From: Phoronis australis | Lineage: Eukaryota; Animalia; Phoronida | NCBI GenBank assembly: GCA_002633005.1 | Contig: NMRA01000488.1 | Location: forward strand, 160,194 to 224,193 | Length of the DNA stretch: 64,000 nt | Direction of reading: 5' to 3' | Shown here: positions 11,801 through 23,547 of the stretch, in pieces | Numbering within the stretch: position 1 is the stretch's first letter | Layout of the letters: every line of letters starts with the position of its first letter | Notes under the pieces: model-generated | Told to the model about the DNA's origin: nothing | Databases searched by the model: none | The model's input: the letters and a program-made list of their open reading frames with translations, nothing else | Made by a program: the position numbers and the translations under genes

Positions 11801-14800
11801 TTATATGTACAGGTATTTCACTGACCACGTTGTACATCACTATGTGTGATTGCCACAACATGAAGTCTGAAACGTAAATGGAGAAAAGAATTACTTCTTA
11901 TTTGATTTCCTGTTTTTTCTTTTTTCATCTCTTTTTATCATTATTTTGATGTTTATTTCAGTTGAATTTTCCATCACCAAAAATATTTCTATCACACAAG
12001 CCTATTTATTTGTGGCACAATACATCACCTGGAAAATTCTCTTTCTTGTCGTTGGTCATTCCAAGCCCTGTACATTGTCTGCAAAAGGGGAGAGTTGAAT
12101 ACCAGGTGTGGGAATCCAACTATATAAATCTCTAGTGTCGTAGTGTCGACTCAATCCAATGCATTCATGCAAATCACAAATAGCCTTTTGTTGCCATTTA
12201 TTAAATGAACAGCACATAATGCCTTCGTTGTATGTGATCTATTTTTAGACTTCTCAGATGAGTATGGTCTTCTAGCCTACATCACAGACAGTTACTCCTC
12301 CGCCATAGACAGATGCAGCGACCCCCTTCTTCAAGCGCAAAGCATAATCAGTTTAGTCCTACACTTCTCTCGTACCAAGTGCCCAAGTGGACCTGAGGTA
12401 GGCCAACCAGTTTCTTAGACAAAAGGCTAGGGTTTACAACAGGTTTAAGCTAAATGATGTGTGCGTGTGTCTGTGTCTGTGTCTGTGTGTGTTCTGTATG
12501 GAAATCAAGTTTCCACTATGAGAGGTAACGTGTACTGTTTTCCACAGAGCATTGGAGGACCTCGGACGGTTACTAATCACCTTTTGATGAGACGTGCAAC
12601 GTCATCAGGAAATTCTGTGTTCATGCTTTCGTGCATGTAATTTTGCTGTCTTTTTTCTTCCAGGAGTATTGTCGGTCCTTGCTCTCGCGCAGTATTCAAC
12701 AGACGAGCTCTTACCTCCGCAAGAAATACAGCGGCCTCACATCTGAGGACGACCTCAGGCGGAAGGAGAAAGAGTAAGATTGATTCAGAAGTTTTGAAAT
12801 TGGTAGCTTTGCCGAATTTTGTGGCTACTGTAGCTGATAAATTTCTTTTGAATGAAATTAAAAAATCTTTCAATTTCTGCCATAGGCTTATCATTGTAAT
12901 AACCTAATGGGATGGTTGTCTTTAAACTGCACGTTGCAAGTTGAAATAAGTGGAGGAGGTAGACATAATCTGGCGAGATTTTAAGAGTTAAAGTTTCAAC
13001 ATAATTGTGGTAAGCGTTTGTGGCGAACAGTACCCAAATATGTAGCCTGCATCGTCATGGGAATGGATTACTGGTGGTTGCTGACTAGTCTCTTGAAATA
13101 AGGTGGAATTTGTTGAGAATGACGACATTACTTTGTTACTTCGAACTTGAATATCTGAAGCTCTTCTTCAGGTATGAGCTGCAGGTGCTACTGCATATGG
13201 AGCTGGTCTCCATAGCGATGCCAGGGGAGAAAAGTCCTAATGAGGAGGAATTAGCTGAGGAGGTATGCTGGTTGTTTACTGCCTGGGTTGAGCACTCACT
13301 GCGCATGTTAGGCAGTTGTATCTGCAATTTTCAAGCTTTATCTACAAGTTGTATTTCAAGTTGGATCTGGAATTTGCAAGTTGAATTTGGAATTTGCCAG
13401 CTGTGTTGGGAATTTGCAAGCTGTATCTGCAATTTGCAAGTTGTATCTGGAATTTGCAAGCTTTATCTGCAATGTGTATGCTCTATCTGCAATTTGTAAG
13501 CTGTATCTGCAATTTGCAAGTTGTATCTGCAGCGCTCTGACATTACTAAAGAGTACAAGGTATCTAACTTCTTTGAAGAAGTGAATCTTCCATTAAAGTC
13601 TCCCTGAAGTCTAGACTGCTTGGACTATTTTAGCATCAGCATTGTTTTGTTAAAACATCTCTGCAAGCCGTCTTAGACTTAATGTTGCGTACCGTCATAC
13701 CGTGATTTATAATTATTCAAGAATAAACAAGGAAAATAATGCCAAACCAGGAAATCGCATGGCATTGTGTCTAAGTCGTAGATACTATGGAGGTGGAAGT
13801 AGTATGCATAATATAAGTAGTATCTAATGTAAGTATTCAAATAGATAAGATATTACGAAAATTTCTTAAGAACCTAAAAAGCAAAAAGTACAGGGATAGT
13901 AAACATATTGAAGTCAGAAGCAACAAGATTTATATTCCATGGTTAAAAATTAACTAACACTACTTAGGAGGAATTCAACAGAGAAAAGGGTCGAAGTTAA
14001 GGCTACCTTTTAATAATAACGTTAGTTTATTAGAAATGTTATAGGAATTGAGAGCGTTTTCAATTAATTGGTTTCCATTGAGTGCACGAAAAAGTGAGTT
14101 CCTTTGGCATTCGCTGAGGGCACATTTGAAGAAAATGTGATGATAGGATTGATGGTGACCACATTTACAGTGTACTGTCATTTGTGGTTGACTCTTTGAC
14201 CTACACAATGGCACACATTACAGATTGCACGTCTGGTCACTGCTGCATTCATTGGAAGTCCTGAAGCTCTTCGTCACTTTATGGAAGAAATATTGGTAGA
14301 CAAGTAGGTCACACTTTTCTCTCTTGGAAAGCAGCTCATAGTACACTTTTTGTTAGTGGTTGTTTCATGCTTTATGGGTTGTATACCTTACAATGTATGT
14401 CCAATGCTGTTTCACCACAGAAACTGGGCTATGTTTTTACGGTGAATATAGAATGCGTCAATTCAAAGGCAGCAAATTGTTTCTGTCTTGTAGTAGGTTT
14501 CAGTACAGAAGCAAGATTTTTGGACGCAAATTTCACGAATGTACATTGAAGTTTTTATGTACTTTCCCATGGTGAAAACATCATTGGCATCACGTAAAAG
14601 CTTGGTACATCAAAATTTATCAACTGATTCCAAATGTTTATATATTGCCAAGAGGAAAACTGTTTGCATACATCTTCAATATCTGCCATATTGCAGCTAT
14701 ATAGATATAAGTCCATCACTGCTTAGGGAGATCTACTTGGAACTGGGTCAGGACCCACCCTGCCGTCTTGCACCTGGTGGAATCTTCTCACCGCAGTCGC

Positions 14801-17800
14801 AGCAACTCCCTTCAGTCCAGCAGCCCGGTAGTATTGGGTCATCCTACAGCAGTCGAGGGTCGGCGTCATCTAATCCTGGATCAAACAGGTAGAAAATGCT
14901 GAAGTCGTACTATTATTCGTTGAACAGTTGAACACACAATGAAAAGAAATTTTAAACTCGAGCTAAGGATTAAAAAATAAAAATGTTCAAGAACAATTTG
15001 CAATCATACATAGTGATCTTCACAGATTAAATTTGGGCTACAGCTCGATAAGAAAAAATTTTCTTGAGCTTATGTGGTGGTTTTCAAAAATCATTCTGTT
15101 TTGGAATTTTTTATGACCATGACTTTTTGTGTGAATGGAAGAGAGTTATAATATTCCTGTTGATTTATCCTCTAACAGTCTTAGGAATGAAGTATAGTTT
15201 TTTGAAAAGTCAGTCGTCATAGTTTATTTTCATGCCATATGTCTCTCTGCTCATAGTACGTTTTAATATTGTTTTCATGAAAGATGATACATAAGACCTA
15301 ATCATTTAACAGGAAACAATAAACAATATTCAACTTCATATATACATATACATACACAAACACATACATATATATCTTTATCTCTTAACATGTGTAATAG
15401 TACCGGGTCACTTCAAGTAAACAATTTATACTCGTTGGAGATGATCGAGACCAAGGAATACGTCAATAATTCAGTGTACAAACTAGACGCTGACAAAGTG
15501 CTACTTGTCAAAGTCTGTCTCGTCGATCAGTTTTCGGAATAAATTGACATTGTTCTGTAAACAGGAACACTGCTGTCGGTTTTCATTAGAGCTGTTACAA
15601 ATCCATGGACGATTGCTTTTTCGATACAAAATTGGTCTCAACTTGTTCCTTACTCGGATGTCTAGTGATTTCTGAGTTTGCAAAGAACTAACACTCGGTT
15701 TTTTCAAGATACCAAGCTCGGGGGACAAAATGACACGTGACGAGTCAATGTTTAGAACCTGATTTCCAGCAATAACTTTTGAAGCTCTGGCATCACCTGA
15801 AATTTGACTAAGGACTAATCTGAGACCAATTTCACAATGGCAAGTGGCCTCAGTCAAAATTTGTTTTTGAGGGTTTATAGCCACTTTAAATGAATAAAAT
15901 AGTTTCGGTCTGAAAGTAGCAACAAAATAGCATGGCTTTGAAAGTAGCAACAAAATTTACCATCAACTGAAAACATAGTTGAAAGACAAAGATACCTGTT
16001 ACCACTCGCTCAAGACACTTTCTTGACTAATATAACTTGCCAATCCTATTTTCCATGCTAAACATTAAAATACACTCCTTGGTTAATGCTTGATGAACAA
16101 TTTTATCCTATTTAGGCCTCGCCGACTCGCTCGCCACTCCAGTGTTTTGGAGGCTGTTAGCCAGAGACAGATCGTCATGCCTCTGTTTAGACCTGTGAAA
16201 GTGGAGAGTAAGGCAAATGACGGGAAGGTAAAAGAGAAACAATTAGTGAGTAGCGTTATGTTTTAGAGACACATAATTTAGTTACATGGTTTTATTTTTG
16301 TAATTCTGTTGGTACTTGAGTTGATTTCATGAAAAATAGTCACCAGGGATTTCCGAAACCCTTCCAAGTCAAAGGTCCATGGGGTTCTTTTCGCAATTGT
16401 TTTGCATGTGTGCAACGTGTGAAAAAGGAAAATATTTTCGCAAAGGGTCATTAGGGTTCTCTTCCAGAAATCCCTGGTATGCTTGACACACATCCAATGA
16501 AATATCCTTGCGTTTGTGAATTAAATTTAAGGCTGAGAGTAGAGAAGGTCATGGGTTCGAGGCTAAGTCGGGGAAAGGAATCTTTTCAGACTTGTTATAA
16601 TTAGGTCATCATGTGTCTGTGATGAGATATTTGATTAATGATTTTGTCGTTTCAGAATAACGTTTGAGGTACCACATAAAAGTCATATTTATGTTTGAAT
16701 CGTATGAATTGTTTTTGCAGTGTTCCTAGTTGTATCTGTTGAACTAACTCTGTTACGGTGACATTCATGTTGACCCGCTTAATTTCTTTTTTCAGAAAGC
16801 CGCTGCAGACAATAAAGACAAACGCATCACAAGATCTGCTACTAAAAAGAAAAAAGAAATTGGTATGTGTTTCCATGGTTACAATGATTTTTATTTAGCT
16901 GATCACTTTGCGAGCAACAGTTCTTGTAATGTTTCAGGGTTTTGAGTACTGAAGGGATATCAAAATTGCTAAAAAGTGGGATTAATGAATATTATTTCAT
17001 TTGATTGTTTATTAGTTTTGTCATCTCTAAATGAAATTACAATATTGATATACAATTCGTGTTAAAAAATAAGCAAACAAACTTTACGAAAATCACCCGC
17101 GTTTTGTTGAGTACGGTAATTCTGCACTTACGTAACACTCAATATGACCAAGAAAAGAAATTCTATTTTTGTCAAATGTGTCCACAAAAATGATGAAGAA
17201 AATATTAGTCTATTACTAGCTTGACTTGTACTCTGTAGATATCACAAAACAACTTTTGGTGAATTTTTCTTGTTTTGCTGTTCAACAGTCAGCCTTGGAA
17301 AAATGGAAATTTTGGCAATTAGTTTTGTGCAAAATAAGTCGAGAATTACCTTTATAGTGGAATTCCCTGTCGTAACAGCTTAGTGCAAGTGGCATTCCGT
17401 GTCAGCTGGAATTACTTTCTAGTCACGACTGGTCGTCACCCGAATTTTGTCCAATCATTACGTCATGTACTGTGCCTTTGTTAATGAGAACACAGGTGTG
17501 ACTTTGACAGATATCGAAAATAACCCCTCCCCCCACTACAATGGTTTTCACATTCTATTCTGTTTGTCTCGTTATCAGATCCAAAGCTGGAGGTGAAAAA
17601 AGTCCGTCGGAACTTGTTCATGGGTGAAAAGCTGGAAAAGAGGCAGTCAGACTCAGCCATTCAGCTGGCTTCGTTGAAGAGACATGGCCGCCGCAGCACA
17701 AGTGACGCACGAGGTATGCTTTCAACAAGTTCACGTGAAGTGATAAATAATACCAAACTAACCCTTCCTTGGGTCCAACCTTTGCTCGACCCGAATAGAC

Positions 17801-20752
17801 GTGAGTACTAGGATATTGACAGTGGGTGTGGTCTGAAAATCATTGATTCAGACAAAATTGTTGGTAATTATTTACTGTTGCAATTTGAATAAACCAATCA
17901 GTGCGCTCGATTCACTGACTAGTTGCTGAAATCCATAAACCCAAGTCATTCTTGAGGTTTGTTCTCTGGTATTGAGATTTAGCAGCTGCCTTTGGAGCAC
18001 ATTCTTTTAGGATTTTTTTGTCGCTGCATTCTCACCTGCCGTACAAATGATAAGAGCACTTCTAAAATCCTTTCAAAAGTATGGATCTTATTTTGTGACA
18101 AACTGTTTATGTTACTGCAGTGAAAACACTGAAGACTAAGTCAGTAGCGGAAACACCTGCTCACAAGCAGGTGTCCAACGTGGCACTAAGAAAGTTAGAG
18201 AAACATCAACGCAGTCACACTGCCAGTGAAATGTTGTCGGTTGGAGAGTCGCCAAGGAAACCGGGTAAGATCGCCTTGCTTTTACAATGAGTTTTTTCAG
18301 CTGCCACTCGACTAGACAAGAAGTGTGTGCATTTATGAGGGTGCTAAAGGGCTGTTGTTCTGCAATGGGCTGTTGTGTGGATAATTAAAATGATTGTTGT
18401 GTAAATATTTGTCTTATTTTGATGAGAGGCTGTACCTTGGTTTAAAAGAGTTCATCAAATTTGTCATTTATGGTTGTCAAAAGCTGCAACTTGTGTTTAT
18501 AAATCATAAGTAAATTCACGTACAAAAGACTATCCAATAGTTGGCACATGGATGTCTTTGACGTGCATGCATTTTCATAAAAGAGACAACTGCTCACTAC
18601 TTCAGTGCAAAATGCTGGATAACAGCTGGGTGAACTGAGTATCTCAGGACTGCAAGAGTCACCTTGCTTCATGTGCATGTGAATACATGTCAGATTGTCG
18701 TCATCCCAGATGTCCACGTGTCAGTGGGTTAACGTTAGGCTGGTGTACAAATTCATCTGGTGAATGCGTAATGATTAAAATTCATTCTGGATGGCATTGC
18801 AGTTGTTCTAGGATTTAGTTGTTAATTTGAAAAAAAAATGACCTATGCCAACCTAGGCATCAACCTCAGGATCTCCTGAATACTAGCTAAGCACTCTGGT
18901 CGCTGAGCTATCGAGAATATGTTGGGAACAGTCGTCACATTCCATTTAAAGCTGTCGTAGTTGCTAAGTCCAGTCACTCAGGGATGATAAACGATATGGT
19001 AAACTTCATCTGATGAGTACTTCTGTAAACAAATTGGCTATCGGTGATATTAACTGTCTTGTAAATGTGTGGTAGACACAATGAAAACTACAGCTCTGTA
19101 AGTTTTAAGCATGGTTTGACTCTAATAACATTCTCTTGCATTTAGGTGAGAAGGACTCTCCCAGAGTGCCCCTGATCAAACAGAGATCGTTCTACTCGGC
19201 GGCATTGCAGGGTCTATCTCGCAACATGGAGAAGTACCAGAAGCTAGCGGAGCGCTTCTCAAGACCATTTGCCTCTCCAACAAAGATTATTGCGGACACG
19301 CCCAAGCGACGGGCTGCTGTGAAAAGTGTCTTCTTCTCACAACTTCTATCTAGTCCACGCACAAATGAGATGGGACAGTCATCGACGATGTCATCGATGT
19401 CTTCGCCGTCGGCTCATGTCTATGACGCTCCCCGTCCTGAAATGGATGGAGCAACAACAGCAGAGAACTTGCAGTCTGGTACAAAATCCCTTGCAGCGAC
19501 TCCTAAGAGAAAAGGTCAGCATGTGAAAAAGCTTCTGATGGATTCACCAGTTTACAACAAAGTTGAGAATATCAAAGTTCAGCTCAAAACTCCTGAGAAG
19601 GCGCAGCAGGGTGAGACATCGGATGGTCACGTGTCCAGGCAGTCGACGCCAAGAAGTTGTAATAGTCGTTACAAGCTTCCTGTCGTAGAAACTCCACCGA
19701 AAAACAGTCCAATTTTTGGTGCCAGATTTAGTGGCAAAAAACTTCAAAAGCACTTTGATGCGGTATCAACCGAGGCTGCCTGTAGTGAACAAAAACTGTC
19801 CTCCCCTCTTCATAATCGTAAGTTGTCAACAACAAATGACTCCTGTCCGTCCTGCTCTAAGAGTGCTGTTGTTGAATACTCAGGGAGACAGGGCAATGAA
19901 AAAGAGAACAAGATACAGACAAGGATGTGCTCGTTCACTCCCAAGTCAACAGGTGAGTCGGATGAAGAGCATGATTTCACTCCGCCCATTTCAAAAAAGC
20001 CAAAGCTTAGCAAAACTCCGGACTCTTTCGATTCTTGGCATCGTCGTAAACATCAGTCGCCAAGAGTGAGGAAGAACAGTTCGCACACCACGCCAGTGAA
20101 GGTCATTCCCACTCGGCAAGCAAGTGTGGATGATGAATTGATCATTTCGTTTCCAACATTAGAGAAGCAGGGATTTGATTTGCACGATCCTAAATCAGCC
20201 GAGAAACTCGACAGGAAAATTGCCCGTGAGAAAAGGAGAGAGCAAACAGTGAATTTCCCATTCTACGAAAAACAAGGTTACGATTTACGGAATTCAGAAT
20301 CTGCCGAAAAACTACGAAAAAGAATTCTGTCCGGTGAACAGACCAGTAGCTCTGCTAACTCCTCAAGTGCTAGAAAATCGCTGAGCGATAGTTATTTCTC
20401 ATCGGAGAATGAAGACGTTTTTCTCTCCGGCGAGGATCAACCGTGGGAACCGATACTGCAATCAAATCCTAAACCAACGGTGCTGCGCTTGAAGCGACGG
20501 AGCATCAACGACACGGACAAACCGTCTGCAGATAGTTGCTCACAAGACTCCAATGGTGGTTGCGTTACGAGAACGTTTTCTACAATTCAGTCATCTGAAA
20601 AGAGGAAGAAGTTTTCTCCCTTGAGCACAGGAAGTTTGCATCAGCTGTTGAAATCACCAATGGTGCTCGACAGTAGCAGCGAGAAATTGCCGAGATCAAG
20701 AACAAAGATGGCTGACAGGAATAGTAAATCACGTAGATCTTTATATCAGTGA
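5112..20752 (+). CDS. TICRR: Treslin / TOPBP1-interacting checkpoint and replication regulator (Sld3 orthologue); 18 coding exons, ~1570 aa
   Basis: N-terminal Treslin motifs VVFLID...ALKLLTYF...WGFKFFNS...FEEFE and DFQWTSPDVSSP. Sld3/Treslin domain DFSDEYGLLAYITDSY...YELQVLLHMEL...EEIL...YID. Also KVRRNLF, the TOPBP1-binding CDK sites KSVAETPAHKQ and GESPRK, SFYS, and C-terminal SLHQLLKSPMV. All 17 introns are GT-AG with consistent phases. Confidence 0.93.
6291..6537 (+). CDS. TICRR: TICRR exon 2
   Basis: ttgttgtag|GAC...LQGAVVPVNALL...VEGLLIRN; donor after 6537, or an in-phase alternative after 6549. Confidence 0.8.
6832..6889 (+). CDS. TICRR: TICRR exon 3
   Basis: ttcttttccag|...CGGKELAFLSVKSLINSE|gtgagc; phase 1 to 2. 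Confidence 0.75.
7447..7566. mobile_element. 120-bp palindrome; probable Penelope-like inverted pLTR remnant with a hammerhead-like core
   Basis: Arms 7447-7502 and 7512-7566 are reverse complements (3 mismatches, 1 indel). The right arm contains TTGACAA-A-GAGCG-CAT-CGCTC-GAAA-CGT. Confidence 0.6.
7670..7973 (+). CDS. TICRR: TICRR exon 4
   Basis: Open frame ending FTALLQRLAKRKLIL|gtaagt; the acceptor (accag 7669) is weak but phase-compatible. Confidence 0.7.
8271..8493 (+). CDS. TICRR: TICRR exon 5
   Basis: cttttctcag|VLDFTEG...CLLQPLTP...|gtaagt. Confidence 0.82.
9001..9103 (+). CDS. TICRR: TICRR exon 6
   Basis: ctattccag|...TVEAWTLS...AG|gtaagt; phase 1 to 2. Confidence 0.75.
9217..9424. 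repeat. 104-bp direct tandem duplication
   Basis: Copies start at 9217 and 9321 and differ at one visible position. Confidence 0.9.
9788..9895. repeat. 54-bp direct tandem duplication
   Basis: Copies start at 9788 and 9842. Confidence 0.9.
10299..10408 (+). CDS. TICRR: TICRR exon 7
   Basis: ttttgtcacag|...SDLIDKLQVAYKKE...G|gtaatt. Confidence 0.75.
11433..11645 (+). CDS. TICRR: TICRR exon 8
   Basis: ttgttgtaag|...SRSRAMIERSKTRL...G|gtaggt; phase 1 to 1. Confidence 0.72.
12249..12397 (+). CDS. TICRR: TICRR exon 9 (start of Sld3/Treslin domain)
   Basis: atttttag|DFSDEYGLLAYITDSYSSAI...QAQSIISLVLHF...GPE|gtaggc. Confidence 0.88.
12664..12773 (+). CDS. TICRR: TICRR exon 10
   Basis: ttttcttccag|EYCRSLLSRSIQQTSSYLRKKY...RKEK|gtaaga. 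Confidence 0.88.
13172..13262 (+). CDS. TICRR: TICRR exon 11
   Basis: ctcttcttcag|YELQVLLHMELVS...ELAEE|gtatgc. Confidence 0.9.
13315..13530. repeat. 20-bp minisatellite (YTGTATCTGCAATTTGCAAG), about 11 degenerate copies
   Basis: The periodicity is directly visible and explains the spurious Cys-rich ORF tails here. Confidence 0.88.
13900..14214 (-). mobile_element. 5'-truncated non-LTR retrotransposon 3' fragment (C-terminal Cys/His knuckle region)
   Basis: Peptide HCKCGHHQSYHHIFFKCALSECQRNSLF...LLLKG resembles the CxC...H.FF.C...R..L...LL.G tail of LINE ORF2 proteins. Confidence 0.6.
14224..14303 (+). CDS. TICRR: TICRR exon 12
   Basis: attacag|IARLVTAAFIGSPEALRHFMEEILVD|gtaggt; 80 nt, bridges phase 0 to 2. 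Confidence 0.8.
14697..14888 (+). CDS. TICRR: TICRR exon 13
   Basis: attgcag|YIDISPSLLREIYLELGQDPP...|gtagaa. Confidence 0.87.
16116..16245 (+). CDS. TICRR: TICRR exon 14
   Basis: tatttag|PRRLARHSSVLEAVSQRQIVMP...; two in-phase donors (after 16227 gtaaaa; after 16245 gtgagt). Confidence 0.8.
16796..16862 (+). CDS. TICRR: TICRR exon 15
   Basis: tcttttttcag|KAAADNKDKRITRSATKKKKEI|gtatgt. Confidence 0.78.
17579..17713 (+). CDS. TICRR: TICRR exon 16 (KVRRNLF)
   Basis: gttatcag|DPKLEVKKVRRNLFMG...|gtatgc. Confidence 0.88.
18121..18264 (+). CDS. TICRR: TICRR exon 17 (two CDK sites for TOPBP1 binding)
   Basis: ttactgcag|...TKSVAETPAHKQ...SVGESPRKP|gtaaga. The Thr (18153) and Ser (18249) codons are 32 codons apart, the spacing recalled for human T969/S1001. 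Confidence 0.92.
18847..18913 (-). mobile_element. Degenerate tRNA-derived SINE head
   Basis: The minus strand reads GATAGCTCAGCGACCAGAGTGC...GAGGTTGATGCCTAGG (A box, decayed B box). Confidence 0.5.
19146..20752 (+). CDS. TICRR: TICRR exon 18 (disordered, S/T-P-rich C-terminus; stop)
   Basis: gcatttag|...KQRSFYS...many TP/SP sites...SPLSTGSLHQLLKSPMVL...; TGA 20750-20752. Confidence 0.92.
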
Positions 20753-21797
20753 CATCCGTGATTATGCAAACTACTTGCAGTAAAAGTTCTTCAACGTTAT
20801 GACTGAAATAATAATTTTGTGAAAAAATGGCTGTATTTCTATTTTTAGAGGTTTGCACATGGCTTCAATTGTTCAAAGTTTTATTCAATGTTGTTTGGTA
20901 AGAGTTGACTGTACGAAGCATGTTAAGCACGAAGTTAATTTCATCAAGAAATTTGGCAAAATGAAACTTCGTTTGGCCGCTTTGTTGCTTCCTAAAGTAA
21001 AAAATGTTTTACCTTATAATTTTTGATGCAAGTAACATCATTGACACCCACCATTTACGTGGATGTAAGTTTTTTTGACCAGCCAAGTAAAAAGTTATAC
21101 CACCAAATTCCACGAGCTGCTGGTTTGTCCATGTCGAGAACCAGGTCATTTGGAAAATGTGAAAATTAACGGTCATACATCCAGGATGAGTTTATGTACT
21201 AGATTTAAGTGGAAGGGTGTGTAGCATTTGCAATCAGTCGAATATCTTCCACACATAGCAACAGTCTCAAATGTCTTGTGACCAGCATGGTAATTAGAAG
21301 TGGATTGTGTATCGTTATCACCATTTTTAAATGATTACTGTGAAAAGTCCAGAAATTTTGACGTTCTGTTTTAGGAAACTAGATCTTGCTTTTGCCAAAA
21401 TGGAATACTATCTCTGTAACTACAAGAATCTTCCAATTAGAGCTATTGCAAAATTGTGCATACCTGGTTTTATTTTAATTCATTTCACTTCAGTACATCA
21501 GTCTGCTTTGCCATCTGTTAAAGTTTAATAATTCTTGTAAATTTTGTACCCAATCACTACCAGTAATTGTTTATTGTTGTTAATCTTCCTTTATAATTAT
21601 AATTATTTGGCGTTGTAAATTATGTAATAATTAATCCATATTAAGTGCAAATGATATTTTTGGTATTTTAACATTAAATCGCAGGTGCTTGTGATTTAGA
21701 TTGGTATTCGGGCATGTTGGAATATGTAACAACTTTGTTGTTAATCACGTTCAATTCATCATGAATACAAATAGTTTATAGAACACTGAAAGTTAAA

Positions 21798-21963
21798 AGT
21801 CGTTTTCCCATTAGAGGTGAAACTTTGCTTTTACCGAAGTTTCGGTAAGATGGAAAGGTTAACTCCAGTAATTCATCTGTACGTGAAACTTCACTGAAAA
21901 TGGTAGGCTATAAAGGCGAAGCTTCAGTATTCACCAAAACTTCGGTGTAGTGGGAAAGCCATA
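21798..21963. mobile_element. Probable MITE with imperfect TIRs (TTTCCCAYTA...TAGTGGGAAA)
   Basis: Imperfect inverted ends and internal CCGAAGTTTCGG / ACTTCGG sub-repeats. Confidence 0.4.
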
Positions 21964-22343
21964 AGCAATACTTCGCGGAAGGTATTGGTAGAGGTGGCAA
22001 CAGTGATATACGATAACGTGAGACTCACAAAATGTGTACTTTGTTATTGTAGTGTAGCCGACATGCTCTCAATAGACACGTAAATAAATAAAAGAAAGCA
22101 TACCTTATTAAGAATGACACTGATCATTTTCATAAACACTCGTAAATGGCAGGAGAACAATTTTCAGTTAGCCTCGAAACCACTGCTCAATATTCGTTTG
22201 AGAGTACGAATGAACTGCGTTGTCTGGTATCTTAGCGATAACTTCAATGTGGCTGTCTAGTCAGAAAGATAAGCGAAGCTTCGGTAAACCGAAAGCGCCT
22301 AAAGTTGCATTTTGCCCTGTTTAGCTGGAAAAAAATCTTAATT

Positions 22344-22600
22344 AGACCTTTTACTATCATGACATTGGTCTCGTAATGCTTACCTCGATAGGATTGATTG
22401 GGATTCCATTTTGGTCACCACCTCAGGCAATGCTTACAGGTGCCATTTTTGAAGTCGCACTTTCAGGGTTGGCCAGCACCAATAAACTCTGAAGCATTTT
22501 CTTGAAAGCTGATGATTTTGATGTTTTTGTTGGTAAGGGAAATAGAATCCAGTCATGGCATGGAATGTTTTGAGACATATTTTATGGGAGTAAAGGGTCT
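22344..22600. mobile_element. Probable MITE
   Basis: AGACCTTTTACTATCAT at the left end matches the reverse complement of the right end, AGACCCTTTACTCCCAT, at 14/17 positions. Confidence 0.45.
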
Positions 22601-22871
22601 GATTTGATTTTTGTTTTTTAGTCGGTGAAAGTGGGTGAAATGCGACTTTAGTGCAATATTTGGCCTGTAAGCAGCAATATCTGAGGGCCTGCTTGGAGAC
22701 ACTTCTGTAGGTTATTTATGTACCCATCCTTACCAGTTTCCATCATTTTTCAAGATTTTTGTACTGATCTGAAAGAAATCTGAAGGTTTTAGTAGTGCTG
22801 TGGTACAATTCATCAATAATCTGGAAACCAAGAACATTCTTCAATCGTGGAGTGTCGAGTTCTAAAGACAG

Positions 22872-23150
22872 TTGCTTAAAATGAAACTTTCAAATTCTCC
22901 TGTATGCACTTATTGTGAAAAAGTTCCCGAAGATCGTGAATGTTCCAGTTATTGGGAAATTGTCTCCAGATTTTGTTCAACTGACAAGCTTCATATTAGT
23001 TGGTTGAATCTTTCAAATGCTCATTTGCACGTCGGTTCCTCAGGCGACTGGAACATTTCTAAGCTGCTGTAATTATTCGCGGAGATAAATTTCAAGGCTC
23101 TTGTTCATATAAAAATGGAAAATTGAATTTGGTGCTTGCAGTGAAAGAAA
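22872..23150 (+). mobile_element. Decayed L1/Tx1-like LINE 3' fragment (zf-RVT-like)
   Basis: LKMKLSNSPVCTYCEKVPED...YW matches the L.KM...SP.C.FC...E motif at the end of LINE RT ORFs; frame disrupted. Confidence 0.55.
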
Positions 23151-23350
23151 ATTTTAGCTGATAACTTATTAAGTTTATGGTAATATCTTATTTACTAAAC
23201 AGCATGTTACGCGACCATCAAGAGAATTTTGTTCAAGAAAGCTTTACATGAACCTGCTTTCCACGGAAAAAAAATTGATTTGCGTACAACTTATTTTTGA
23301 CTGGCATTAGAGACAATTCCTAGACTTGGGAAGAAGAGATATTTTGCTAC

Positions 23351-23547
23351 TGCTAGATATCACCCTCAAAGAGTCATTTTTATGTGCCAAGCATGGTGTC
23401 TGCTTGATATCACCCTCAATGAGTCATTGTTATATGCTGAGCATGGTCTCTGCTTGATGTCACACTCAATGAGTCATTGTTATATGCTGAGCATGGTCTC
23501 TGCTTGATGTCACACTCAATGAGTCATTTTTTGTGGCAAGCATGGTC
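23351..23547. repeat. 50-bp tandem repeat, about 4 copies
   Basis: Units TGCTTGATRTCACMCTCAATGAGTCATT...GCATGGTCTC start at 23351, 23401, 23451 and 23501. Confidence 0.9.

Noticed and set aside
12584-12612. Hammerhead-like TTGATGA-GACGT-GCA-ACGTC
   Set aside because: The U3-G8 core is mismatched and five extra bases precede GAAA; it cannot be distinguished from a chance hairpin.
15501-15953. 150-aa minus-strand ORF in a TICRR intron
   Set aside because: Non-ATG start, no recognisable domain and no supporting exon chain.
19010-19047. Hammerhead-like CTGATGA-GTAC-TTCT-GTAA
   Set aside because: The GAAA box is missing and there is no convincing stem III.
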